Positions 55,157-64,000 of a stretch of 64,000 nucleotides of DNA are shown in pieces. The stretch spans positions 384,001-448,000 of the forward strand of contig CAWFQB010000002.1 of NCBI GenBank assembly GCA_963817895.1, given 5' to 3'. Each line of letters opens with the position of its first letter. The first letter of the stretch is position 1. The notes under the pieces are model-generated. The model ran no database searches. It was not told where the DNA came from and saw nothing but the letters and a program-made list of their open reading frames with translations. This DNA comes from an uncultured Chthonomonadaceae bacterium (GTDB lineage Bacteria > Armatimonadota > Chthonomonadetes > Chthonomonadales > Chthonomonadaceae). The translations under genes were made by a program, and so were the position numbers.

Positions 55157-56266
55157 ATGAAAGTAGGTATTATAGGTTTGCCGCAGTCCGGCAAGACCAG
55201 TTTGTATAACGCCCTCACGCGCTCACAGGTGGAGTTGAACCGCTTTGGCGCAACCGAAGTCAATGTCGGCGTGATCGCCGTACCCGATCCGCGCTTTGAT
55301 TACGCGGTAGAGCAGTGTGAGCCGAAGAAAATCACGCCCGCCGTAATCGAGTTTACCGAAGGCGGGGCGCGAGTGGAGCGGGACGAGAACCGGGGGCAGG
55401 GCGCGCGGGATAAATTCGGCACGGACTTTTTCGCCAGTGTGCGCAACATGGACGCGCTTGTTCTTGTGGCGCGCGCGTTTACGGACAGCGCGGTTACGCT
55501 TCCGTCCGGCGGCGTCAACCCCCGGCGCGAGGCCGAGCAGATTTTAGAGGAACTGCTGCTGGCCGATTTGGGCGTAGTAGAGAACCGGCTGGAAAAATTG
55601 GAAAAGGCCAAGCTGCAAAAGCGGCAAACGCCCGGAGAGGCCGTCGAGCATCAGGTGATGATTCGGATCAAAAATCATCTGGAAAGCCTGGAACCTATCC
55701 GCACGTTGGAACTCACGGAAGATGAAAAACGCTCGTTGCGCGGCTACATGTTCGTGTCCGGCAAACCCCTGATACTGGTTGCCAATGTGGGCGAGGACGA
55801 GGTTGGCGAGGATACGCCCGTCAGTGTTTTGCCTGCATCCGCGTACGCGCAGGAGCAGGGCTTGCTTCTCGTCACGCTGTGCGCCAAAGTGGAGATGGAA
55901 GTGGCGCAAATGGAGCCTGCCGAAGAGCGCGAGTTTCTGGAAGCGATGGGCATTGCCGAAGCCGCCCGCGACCGCCTGATTCGCGTCGCGTATGCCGCGC
56001 TCGGCCTGATGAGCTTCTTCACGGTTGGCGAAGACGAAGTGCGGGCTTGGACAATCACCAAAGGCACGAACGCGGTGGGAGCGGCGGAAAAGATACATAG
56101 CGATCTGGCGCGCGGCTTCATTCGCGCCGAAGTGATGGCGTTTGAGGATTTCCGCAGCGCGGCAGGCTGTTGGGATGAAGCAAGGGCGGCAGGCAAAATG
56201 CGACTGGAGGGCAAAGAGTACCTCATAAAAGACGGCGATATAATGCACGTTCGGTTTAAGGTATAA
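55157..56266 (+). CDS. ychF: YchF-family ATPase
   Basis: GIIGLPQSGKTSL, VPDPR, FFTVGEDEVRAW, IHSDLARGFIRAEV, RLEGKEY..KDGD. Confidence 0.9.
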   Translation: MKVGIIGLPQSGKTSLYNALTRSQVELNRFGATEVNVGVIAVPDPRFDYAVEQCEPKKITPAVIEFTEGGARVERDENRGQGARDKFGTDFFASVRNMDALVLVARAFTDSAVTLPSGGVNPRREAEQILEELLLADLGVVENRLEKLEKAKLQKRQTPGEAVEHQVMIRIKNHLESLEPIRTLELTEDEKRSLRGYMFVSGKPLILVANVGEDEVGEDTPVSVLPASAYAQEQGLLLVTLCAKVEMEVAQMEPAEEREFLEAMGIAEAARDRLIRVAYAALGLMSFFTVGEDEVRAWTITKGTNAVGAAEKIHSDLARGFIRAEVMAFEDFRSAAGCWDEARAAGKMRLEGKEYLIKDGDIMHVRFKV

Positions 56267-56710
56267 GGGTTTTAAGGTTCTATGGTTTTAGGTTCCAGTG
56301 ACTGGATTAAACGGTGCAGGAGTTTGCTGATTGATTCCGTTTGTTGGAGGAGTGGCTGGATTTGTTCTGCTGTTGCCAGTTGTATATCAGGGCAGAGCAG
56401 CAGGAACGTTTCAAGTTCCCGCAAACTGCCCTGTGCTATACGAAGGAACTGCTGGTAATCTTTCCGTGTTCCGCGCCCGCTTCCCTCAGCAATATTGGCG
56501 GGTACGGCTGTTGCCGCCCGCCGCATCTGGCTTGTGAGGCCATAGAGTTCTTCTTTGGGAAACATCCGCGTCAGGAAATAACACGCTTTCGCCAGTTGCA
56601 TTGCCTGCTGCCAAACGAGCAAATCACGATAAGAACGTATCTCCTCCTATGCCATTACCAACCCCTTCCTATTCCCTTAAAACCCTAAAACCATAGAACT
56701 CTAAAACCCT
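56266..56710. mobile_element. Inverted-repeat-bounded cassette carrying a four-helix-bundle gene
   Basis: AGGGTTTTAAGGTTCTATGGTTTTAGG (56266-56292) vs 56684-56710 (25/27 match); fills the gap between the ychF and exosortase stop codons. Confidence 0.7.
56272..56655 (-). CDS. Four-helix-bundle protein (TIGR02436 / 23S rRNA IVS-protein-like); in-frame TAG at codon 3
   Basis: SYRDLLVWQQAM, FPKEELYGLTSQMRRAATAVPANIAEG, QFLRIAQGSLRELET; ATG-GCA-TAG-GAG at the 5' end. Confidence 0.85.
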
Positions 56711-58481
56711 ACCTCTGACCGGGAGGACGAGACGGATGGGGCGGGGCTTCGGGCTGGCCGGGAATGGTTCCGTGCAGGACGGGGCCGATGTGCTGCCATA
56801 AACCCGCGATGAAGTTGCGCATCTGCTCGCGCTGCGCTTCATCGGTTCCCGGCGCCTCCTGACACACGCGCACGAAGTACGAGGGCTGGCCGCCGTCCCC
56901 GAAGAAGGTCTGCCAGATCAGGGCGTTGCGTATCTGTGTCGTGGATTGCAGCACCTTGCCCTGCACCACATAGCAGAACATCATCTCCGTTTGTTCCGGG
57001 CGGCCCGTCTGCTTGAAGTGGGACTCCTGAACGGAAATTGTTTCCGCAGGCGTTTTCAGGGGAATGGGTCCCTGATCCAGAATCACGGCGTCGCTGCCCA
57101 ACGCGCAGTTGTGTGGGTCATGGAACACCTTGCGCCCGGTTCCCGCCGTCATAAACAGTTGGATATGGGAGCCGTCCGTCCCCACATAATCGCGGTTGAC
57201 GACGCGCAGGGGACTGAGCATTTCCAGCTGCGCTTCCGGCAGCGTATCCGTCTCTTCCAGCGGATTGTCTTTCGTGGTATACGTGACGCTGTTGTAGGCG
57301 AACGTTTTGGGAACCTGGAAAGTGGCAATGGGCGCTTTCTGCGTGGGTACGCTGCTGCGCAGGGCCGCATACGTGACCAGCGAAACCAGCAATATAACGT
57401 CCAGAGCGACCGCCTGCGGCAGCGTTTTGCGCAATTGCCCCGTCGTGGGACGCCACGCGAGGAGTTCCTGCCACCATTCCGGGGCGGGCGGAGTTTCCGG
57501 CCCCTGTGCGTCCTTCGCGGCTTTGGCGGCTTCTCGGTCCCTCTGTTCCATCTCGTCCGTCAGGGGTACGCCCAGAAACCGTTCGCACTTTAACACGCGG
57601 GCAAAGTTGAACAGAAACGTGAAGGCGAGAATCAACACGATAAAGCCGCTGTAATCGTGGAAAAACTGCGCGGAACTTGTGCTGAACAACTCGCCCACAA
57701 CGCCGATAAGCGCGATACGCAGGCCGTTGATAAGCAGACTGAGGGGCGCGGTCATCAGAAACAGCGTCCAGCGTTTCCACGCGGGCGCTTCCACGAGGTA
57801 CGCGAAGGCGGCGGAAAAGGTGAGCAGCGACAGCAGCGTTTTGAAGCCGCTGCACGGCAGCTCGACCGCCATGCGATAGTGTTCCATGTGAATCTGCGTA
57901 CCCTCCTGCATGGAGGTCAGGCCGATATAATTCATCATCCAGGTGGCAATCTGCGCCGATTTCATCTGAATGGGAAACGCGATGCCGTTAATCAACTGGT
58001 CGGGAACCAGCGGCATCATCATCGTGACGAACAGCAGGGGAAACAGCAGCAGCCGCGTTTTGGGCGTTCCCAGGAACAGCAGGCTGCCGCCCACCAGCAG
58101 AAAGATGAACGACATTGACTGCACGGTGGGAATATCCGAGTGCAGCGCAAGCAGCAGCAACAGCAGGCCCGGAACAATCAGGGCCAGGCCTGTCCAGGAG
58201 GGCTGCCGCCGCACATGCTGCAAACGATCCCGGCTGCGCCATAGCATAACGGCCACGAAAAAAGGCACAAAGGCCGCATGAGCGTAAAAACTGCCCGGCG
58301 CTTTCCACTCGTAGTACCAGATCAGAAAGGTGTTGGAATACAACACCAACGCCAGAACGAGCGCGGCCACGTAGGGCAGGCCATACATCAGGCGCTTCCG
58401 GTCGGAACCGGGAAGCGCCTGCGACTCATCCACATCGGATTCCAGCGTGTTTTTGGAAGCGCGGCTATCGAGAATATCCAT
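56709..58481 (-). CDS. Exosortase (EpsH) fused to an EpsI-like extracytoplasmic domain
   Basis: Catalytic triad motifs PCSG, NGLRI and FHDYSG; C-terminal HDPHNC..G motif. Confidence 0.85.
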   Translation of the reverse strand: MDILDSRASKNTLESDVDESQALPGSDRKRLMYGLPYVAALVLALVLYSNTFLIWYYEWKAPGSFYAHAAFVPFFVAVMLWRSRDRLQHVRRQPSWTGLALIVPGLLLLLLALHSDIPTVQSMSFIFLLVGGSLLFLGTPKTRLLLFPLLFVTMMMPLVPDQLINGIAFPIQMKSAQIATWMMNYIGLTSMQEGTQIHMEHYRMAVELPCSGFKTLLSLLTFSAAFAYLVEAPAWKRWTLFLMTAPLSLLINGLRIALIGVVGELFSTSSAQFFHDYSGFIVLILAFTFLFNFARVLKCERFLGVPLTDEMEQRDREAAKAAKDAQGPETPPAPEWWQELLAWRPTTGQLRKTLPQAVALDVILLVSLVTYAALRSSVPTQKAPIATFQVPKTFAYNSVTYTTKDNPLEETDTLPEAQLEMLSPLRVVNRDYVGTDGSHIQLFMTAGTGRKVFHDPHNCALGSDAVILDQGPIPLKTPAETISVQESHFKQTGRPEQTEMMFCYVVQGKVLQSTTQIRNALIWQTFFGDGGQPSYFVRVCQEAPGTDEAQREQMRNFIAGLWQHIGPVLHGTIPGQPEAPPHPSRPPGQR

Positions 58482-58516
58482 CGGGTGTTACTTTCAATCA
58501 GAAAACGCAGTCTGTT

Positions 58517-59503
58517 CTAATGGTTCTTTTTGCCTAAGAACTGGTTGATAATCGCCTTGTCGTTGGGGTCTTCGCTCTTGAAGTTGCTGCCATCGCCCCA
58601 CACTTTGTTCAGATACTCCAATGGCGGTTTGGCTCGTTTGCCCGCGACGACCTCACGTATTTTTTCATGCGTTTTCTTATCATTCAGGTCGGCTTTGCTG
58701 CCCGGCGTGATGTCATCAATCATGCGAATAACCAACTTTTGCGCGCCCGCCTTTGAAAACACGTCCGGCGGAAATACCTGCACCTGTCCCTTTTTCATGG
58801 CGAAAATCTGCGCGTTCTGCTGAGTTCCAAACGGCTGAACGAAGGTGAACACTTGACCGGGTATATGGGATTGCGCCTGATTGTCGTCGCCCACGAACCG
58901 GACAGACGTGGGAAAGTTGGTCTGAATCAGCGTGGGGCTGACATCCTTCTCCATCAGTTCTTTGACCTTGTCAATGTCGCTGATATTGTACACCAGCGCC
59001 AGTCGGGTATGCGCTTTGGCGGGCGTGTCGAACGCCGGCGGCTGCGCGTTGTATTCCTCTTTGATCTGGTCATCGGAAACGGCAATGTCCGCTGTGCGCA
59101 GGCGAATGTCTTCCATCTGCTGCTTGATACGCGCCTTGTACTCCGGTTCCATCCAGGGCTGCGCGGCGAGTTCCTGCGCGAACTGAAGATTGAGTTCGCG
59201 CATCTGGTTGAACGCTTCGTCCACCTCTTTGGTGTCCGGGGCCAGATTGCGCTTTGCCGCCTCATCATCGAGCATGTAGCGCTGAATCATGCTGAATTTG
59301 ACCGCCGGGCCGCTGTTTTGCGTCATATAATCGTACACATCCTGCTGCGTGATAGCATGAGTGCCGTAAGACATGACCACGCGCCGGTTACGAAAGCGCT
59401 GGTACATAAAAGCGTTTGCCGCCAGAGAAATCAGCAGCAGCACGACGAGAATTAAACGAACCGCATTACGCATAAGATCATACTCCCCTGCTTGCCGCGA
59501 CAT
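58517..59503 (-). CDS. SurA/PrsA-like peptidyl-prolyl isomerase / chaperone
   Basis: N-terminal TM anchor, ITQQDVY, DDEAAKRNL, VSDDQIKEEY..FDTP. Confidence 0.6.
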   Translation of the reverse strand: MSRQAGEYDLMRNAVRLILVVLLLISLAANAFMYQRFRNRRVVMSYGTHAITQQDVYDYMTQNSGPAVKFSMIQRYMLDDEAAKRNLAPDTKEVDEAFNQMRELNLQFAQELAAQPWMEPEYKARIKQQMEDIRLRTADIAVSDDQIKEEYNAQPPAFDTPAKAHTRLALVYNISDIDKVKELMEKDVSPTLIQTNFPTSVRFVGDDNQAQSHIPGQVFTFVQPFGTQQNAQIFAMKKGQVQVFPPDVFSKAGAQKLVIRMIDDITPGSKADLNDKKTHEKIREVVAGKRAKPPLEYLNKVWGDGSNFKSEDPNDKAIINQFLGKKNH

Positions 59504-59542
59504 CCGTGTCGGCTGTAACCCGGCGGGCAGGCTGTTGAAAGA

Positions 59543-60643
59543 TTACTGAACGGATATTGCCATCACGCCGCGCTCAACGCGCCGCGCGTGCAGATTTCGA
59601 ATCACGGCAGCGATACGCGCTACCCAGTGTTCCAGGGACAAAGACGTTTCCATATCGCGCCGCGCCTGATCGCCCATGCGCTGCGCCTCTTCCGGGCTGT
59701 CCAGCAGGCGCGTAATGGCCTTTCGCCAGCCGTCCACATCGCCCGGAGCGACATACAGGCCGTTTTCGCCCTGCCGGATAGCGTCTTTTTGACCCGTTGT
59801 GCTGGTGGTGATAATGGCTTTGCCCATTGCCATGCCCTCCAGTATCGTGGTAATGCCCGCCTGAAAATCGTTCTCATACAGCGGCACGACCACAAATCTC
59901 GAGTCGGCGTACAATCGCCGCAGCTCGTTGTACTCGTAGCGTTTGGCCGTCACATTGGGCGGCAGAACACGCTCTTCTGTCTCGTTACGGTGCTTGCTCC
60001 ACGGACTTGCCGCCGCCAGCCGCACTTCCACATCCAACCCCTCTACCGCCGCCAGCAGCGTGGGATAATCCCGCCATTCCAGGCCCGCGCTGCAAATCAG
60101 GCGCGGAGGCGCGTCGGTTTCGGCAGGCAGGGGGCGATAAAACTTAGCGTCGGCGTGAAACGGAATCAAATGCAGCCGGGATTCGGGAATATTCAACTGA
60201 ACCCGCGCAAAATCGTATTGAGTCGCCGCGTACACAAAAATCGCGTCCATCTGCGCCTGCAAACTTCGCAGCAGCAGGCGCTTCTTGCCCGTAGACACCT
60301 TATGCCCGATGAGAACATGACCGGGACGCCGCTCGCCGTGCCGTTTCAACAGCAGGGAAAGGGGTATCCCGACATTTTCCCCGTTTGAATAGATAATATC
60401 ATATTTCTGCCGCTGCGCGTAGCCCAATGCGGCAAGGGCGGCATCCTTGCCCGCGCGCTGCGCCAGCCGTACCAGAAGTGGATTCGACTGCGCTTCCAGC
60501 GCGGCATAGTCCAGCAAATCCGCGTTCAGTTCCGCCTGCAGCGCATAATAGTCCATCTGCGGGTGCGCGTCCCCTCGGACGGCATCGGCAATCCCCTGTT
60601 TGGCGACGCTCGGCACGAGCATCAAGACGCGAGGCGAAGTCAA
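59543..60643 (-). CDS. Glycosyltransferase family 4
   Basis: RDYPTLL, AGITTILEGMAMGKAII, GENGLYV; TTG start after GGAG. Confidence 0.85.
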   Translation of the reverse strand: MTSPRVLMLVPSVAKQGIADAVRGDAHPQMDYYALQAELNADLLDYAALEAQSNPLLVRLAQRAGKDAALAALGYAQRQKYDIIYSNGENVGIPLSLLLKRHGERRPGHVLIGHKVSTGKKRLLLRSLQAQMDAIFVYAATQYDFARVQLNIPESRLHLIPFHADAKFYRPLPAETDAPPRLICSAGLEWRDYPTLLAAVEGLDVEVRLAAASPWSKHRNETEERVLPPNVTAKRYEYNELRRLYADSRFVVVPLYENDFQAGITTILEGMAMGKAIITTSTTGQKDAIRQGENGLYVAPGDVDGWRKAITRLLDSPEEAQRMGDQARRDMETSLSLEHWVARIAAVIRNLHARRVERGVMAISVQ

Positions 60644-60655
60644 AATAGTTACTCC

Positions 60656-60771
60656 AGAGTGAGAGCGGAGAGTGAGAGTACATGTGTATTTTCTCTCACT
60701 CTCACTCTCCACTCTTCACTTTTGCCCACTCTCAGTTTGTCTTTCTCTCACTCTCACTCTTCACTCTCACT
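60656..60771. repeat. Inverted tandem-repeat element, (GAGAGT)n/(ACTCTC)n, overlapping a GT4 3' end
   Basis: AGAGTGAGAGCGGAGAGTGAGAGT vs repeated ACTCTCACTCTC; encodes the tail VKSESERKTN. Confidence 0.75.
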
Positions 60772-61865
60772 TCTTTCAACAGAGTCAAAATCGCGTTATA
60801 ATTGCGGCAGGCGTCGAAACGAGTTTCCGCCAGTTCGCGGGACGCGCGGGACATTGCTATGCGCCGGGGTTCGTCGGCAAGCAATGTTCGTACCGCTGTG
60901 GTAATCGCGCCCGCGTCGCCGGGCGCGATGATGAGGCCGTTGACATCGGCTTCCACCTCCTCGCGCAAGGCTCCGACATTCGTGGTGACAATCGGCAATC
61001 CCGCCGCCATCGCCTCCATCACGGCTATGGGCAGGCAATCGCCCTTTGTCGGAAACACGAACACATCGGCCTGCGCGTACAATCCGCATAGTTCATGGCT
61101 GTTGGCTGTCAATCCCTGATGAACCCGGATACCCTCCACGCCGGATAATTCCCGCGCGGCTTTCGGGTCTTTCGTGACAATATCGAGAACGCAATCCGAG
61201 CGTAAATTATGATGGAACGCTTCTATCAGTTCCGGGCCGCCCTTGCGCGCGAAATCGCCGCCGACAAACAACAATCGCAGCGGCTTTCCCGTTTCGCGTG
61301 GGGGACGCTCCTGCCCGAATGTCCATTTCGCCATGTCCACGCCGGGAGGAATCACGGTTACTTTGCCCGCTTCCACGCCATAATCGTTGACAAGCGAGTC
61401 TTTTGCCCACTGACACCACGTAGTCAGCGCGGTGGCGGTATGGAACGAGCGCCGATTCCATTCATATTTACGGCGTTCCAGCCAGGAATCGTTACCCCCC
61501 GCGTCGCCATATTCCGCTCCAACCGTATCATAATTCAGGGGCGTGGCATCCAGGGAGATCACAGCGGGTATGCGCCGCATCCAGTCGAGCGCGAATAACG
61601 TGGTTGTTTGGGTGTGGAAGAATAGAGCTTCAAAGGGTTGCGCGGGGTTTGCCGCTTTCAGGGCAGCGCGGGCGCGCAGGCTGGACTTTAATGACCAGTT
61701 GCCTCGTATTCCCGGCAAGCGTTCCCAGACATCCGGCGCGTGGGGAACAATCGGCAGCCATGTCGGGGCTAAGGCAGCATCCTGATCCGCCCAGTACGCC
61801 AGATTCTGGTGGTGCGTCACATGTCCGAGCGCCTGCTCCATGATAAATGCAATCGGAGTCGGCAT
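60732..61865 (-). CDS. Glycosyltransferase family 4
   Basis: LFVGGDFARKGG, YAQADVFVFPT, MEAMAAGLPIV. Confidence 0.88.
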   Translation of the reverse strand: MPTPIAFIMEQALGHVTHHQNLAYWADQDAALAPTWLPIVPHAPDVWERLPGIRGNWSLKSSLRARAALKAANPAQPFEALFFHTQTTTLFALDWMRRIPAVISLDATPLNYDTVGAEYGDAGGNDSWLERRKYEWNRRSFHTATALTTWCQWAKDSLVNDYGVEAGKVTVIPPGVDMAKWTFGQERPPRETGKPLRLLFVGGDFARKGGPELIEAFHHNLRSDCVLDIVTKDPKAARELSGVEGIRVHQGLTANSHELCGLYAQADVFVFPTKGDCLPIAVMEAMAAGLPIVTTNVGALREEVEADVNGLIIAPGDAGAITTAVRTLLADEPRRIAMSRASRELAETRFDACRNYNAILTLLKEVRVKSESERKTN

Positions 61866-61869
61866 AATG

Positions 61870-63117
61870 TTACTCTTGCGCCGCAGGGGTAGCTGTCGCG
61901 GGACTCAGGCTGCGCTGCTTTTCCTGTACCACGCGCAGGTGGAACTGCTCCATCGTCTGCACAATAGAAGCCCAACTGTAATGGTCTTCCACAAGCGCGC
62001 GGCCCGCCGTTCCCAACCTTTGCGCCAGTTCCCGGTCATTCATCAGGCGAACCACAGCCTGCGCGAACGCCTGCGGGTCGTCCTCTATCAGCAGGTGTTC
62101 CCCGTCCCGCGCGTCAATACCCTCGCAGCCCACGCTGGTGGAAACCATCGGCTTGCCCATCGCCAGCCCCTCCAGCACTTTCAGGCGCGTGCCGCTGCCC
62201 ATGCGCAGGGGAACCACAAAAACGCTCGATTTCTCAATATAGGGGCGCACATCCGGCACTTCATCCGTGACAATGACATTCGGGCCGGCAAGCCGAACCA
62301 CCTCTTCGGGCGGCCCCATGCCGACAATCGAAAACACGGTTTCGGGGCGCGCGTTGACGATATGTGGCAGCACTTCCCTGACAAAGAACAGAACCGCATC
62401 CGTGTTGGGACGGTAACTGATTAACCCAGTAAACACCAGACTGTTCGTGTCCACGACTGCGGAAGAGGGCTGAAAATACTCGATATCCACGCCATTAGGC
62501 GCGACGTGCGCGGCCTTGCGGGGCATTTGCGCGTTCACAATCTGCTGTTCGCGCTCGGACGTGAAAATGCACGCATCCGATTTTTGCCAGCAGTCCTGCT
62601 CTTCGCGCTTGAATTTCGTATACTCCAGCCAGTTATATATACGGCGCAGGAGCGAACGCTCCGTCTGATACATGCGATACAGCAGTTCATATTCCAGATT
62701 ATGCTCGTCCACGATCAAAACCGGGCGGGTTCCATAAGGATAGGAGCCTAACTGACTGGATTCGATCTGCACAATATCGAAATTTTCGGTTGCCAGCAGT
62801 TCCGCAAGCAGATTCTGCATGGCGGGAGTGCGCAAACTGCCCGATGAGAACGAGCGGGGAGAAACAAGCGAAGCTAACTGCGCAGCCCGCTTGTCGGACT
62901 GTCGGTTGAGCGGGGCGGGAACCGTATGCACCGCATGGCAGATTTTTTGCAGTTCGGCAACCTTCGCCTCTTCGCCCGGATGCGCGTAGCAAAGCAGCGA
63001 CACCTCATGCGTATGCGAAAGGTGTTTGAGAAACTGATACACGCGGATTCCAAAGCCCCAGTTGGGGGGATAAGGAATGGAGGGCGTTACCACTAAGATG
63101 CGCTGACATATCGCCAT
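61870..63117 (-). CDS. Glycosyltransferase family 4, exosortase/EPS-associated type
   Basis: PYPPNWGFGIR, PNGVD, FTGLISYRPN, PLRMGSGTRLKVLEGLAMG. Confidence 0.88.
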   Translation of the reverse strand: MAICQRILVVTPSIPYPPNWGFGIRVYQFLKHLSHTHEVSLLCYAHPGEEAKVAELQKICHAVHTVPAPLNRQSDKRAAQLASLVSPRSFSSGSLRTPAMQNLLAELLATENFDIVQIESSQLGSYPYGTRPVLIVDEHNLEYELLYRMYQTERSLLRRIYNWLEYTKFKREEQDCWQKSDACIFTSEREQQIVNAQMPRKAAHVAPNGVDIEYFQPSSAVVDTNSLVFTGLISYRPNTDAVLFFVREVLPHIVNARPETVFSIVGMGPPEEVVRLAGPNVIVTDEVPDVRPYIEKSSVFVVPLRMGSGTRLKVLEGLAMGKPMVSTSVGCEGIDARDGEHLLIEDDPQAFAQAVVRLMNDRELAQRLGTAGRALVEDHYSWASIVQTMEQFHLRVVQEKQRSLSPATATPAAQE

Positions 63118-63221
63118 GTTCGTCAAAAAGTCTGTCTGTGAAATCTATTCGCCTTCAGTGGCAGAATATAAAAATGGTTGTGTTATTCTAGCACAGATAC
63201 CCGCCTGCTGCCAACAGGAAG

Positions 63222-63326
63222 AAGATACGAGATACGAGAGAGTAGTTCGCTGTTTTTATCTGACACTGCGGATATAATTTGTTCAAGACGCGCCACTCGT
63301 ATCTTCTATCTCGTATCTCGTATCTT
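63222..63326. repeat. Inverted tandem-repeat element, (AGATACG)n
   Basis: AAGATACGAGATACGAGA (63222-63239) vs 63309-63326; overlaps the acyltransferase stop codon. Confidence 0.85.
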
Positions 63327-64000
63327 AACTTCGCTGCGTGTTCATAAAGGGCCGTTCGCAGAGCAGATAAAATAAATAGGAAACGATAACGATGATCGGC
63401 AGGCCGACAAAGATGAGAAACACGTAGCCCGCCACGCCCTCGATGCCATGCGGCTGCATCACAAAGCGCAGCAGAAACACGATAATCGGCACGTGAATCA
63501 GGTACAGGCTGTACGAAAACGATCCGGCCCACGCGAGGGGACGCCAGGAACAGACGCGATGCGCAAGACTTCGCGGCGCAATAGACGCGGTAATCAGCAG
63601 GCAGGCCGCCATGATGCCCCCCGGCAAATCATAAAAAGGGTACTGCTCGATGGCGCGCTGCCAGCCCAGGGCATACGCGAGGCAGGCAATAATAACCGCG
63701 CAAATCGCGGCGGTAACGCCAAACGGGAAACGCTCGCGAAATCGCTGCAACTGCGGCTCCGGGGCAAACGCGACGGAAGCGGCAGCCATACCGAGCGTAA
63801 ACAATCCCACGTACTGCACGGACATGTGCCCAAACCGCGTGTCCCGCAGCGCGTAACACAGCGCGTAGCCCACTCCCAGGGTTCCCAAGGTAGCCGCCGT
63901 ATTGCCGAAACGCCGCAGGGCGAACAGCAGCAGGGGGAACAGAAAGTAGATTTGAAATTCCGTCGCGATAGACCAGTAAACGTAGCTGATGCGTCCGGCT
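63325..64000 (-). CDS. Acyltransferase-3 (OafA-like), partial
   Basis: YWSIATEFQIYFLFPLL, GSFSYSLYLIH, SYLFYLLCERPF. Confidence 0.85.
   Translation of the reverse strand, partial: AGRISYVYWSIATEFQIYFLFPLLLFALRRFGNTAATLGTLGVGYALCYALRDTRFGHMSVQYVGLFTLGMAAASVAFAPEPQLQRFRERFPFGVTAAICAVIIACLAYALGWQRAIEQYPFYDLPGGIMAACLLITASIAPRSLAHRVCSWRPLAWAGSFSYSLYLIHVPIIVFLLRFVMQPHGIEGVAGYVFLIFVGLPIIVIVSYLFYLLCERPFMNTQRS

Noticed and set aside
56272..56655. Diversity-generating retroelement (Avd-like gene)
   Set aside because: No reverse transcriptase or TR/VR pair in the window

Overview
64-kb bacterial chromosomal window, mostly GC-rich. Gene content and style suggest a diderm such as an Armatimonadota-like organism; this is inference only. 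Housekeeping content: ggt, S9 peptidase, class I/II aminotransferase, squalene-hopene cyclase, glycosyltransferases, glyQS, purE-purK, ilvD, the infC-rpmI-rplT-pheS-pheT-ychF operon, and a convergent exosortase/PPIase/GT4/acyltransferase exopolysaccharide block. Many genes carry single-base frameshifts that look like long-read assembly errors. Three things stand out. (1) An AT-rich island (~15.6-22.8 kb) holds a tightly coupled five-gene operon: membrane-anchored pentapeptide-repeat protein, a divergent cyclodipeptide-synthase (CDPS)-fold protein that keeps the catalytic Ser/Tyr/Glu but lacks the cyclisation Tyr, and a Pot-like ABC importer. (2) About 18 inverted-repeat hairpin elements are built from different 7-9-nt tandem units and usually start at a stop codon. 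One lies inside ggt and one brackets a four-helix-bundle gene. (3) A Ser/Thr kinase-AAA-GAF-adenylate/guanylate cyclase gene is followed by a stand-alone VioB-N-terminal-like protein and a secreted putative beta-propeller. All family assignments come from reading motifs by eye; no database search was run.
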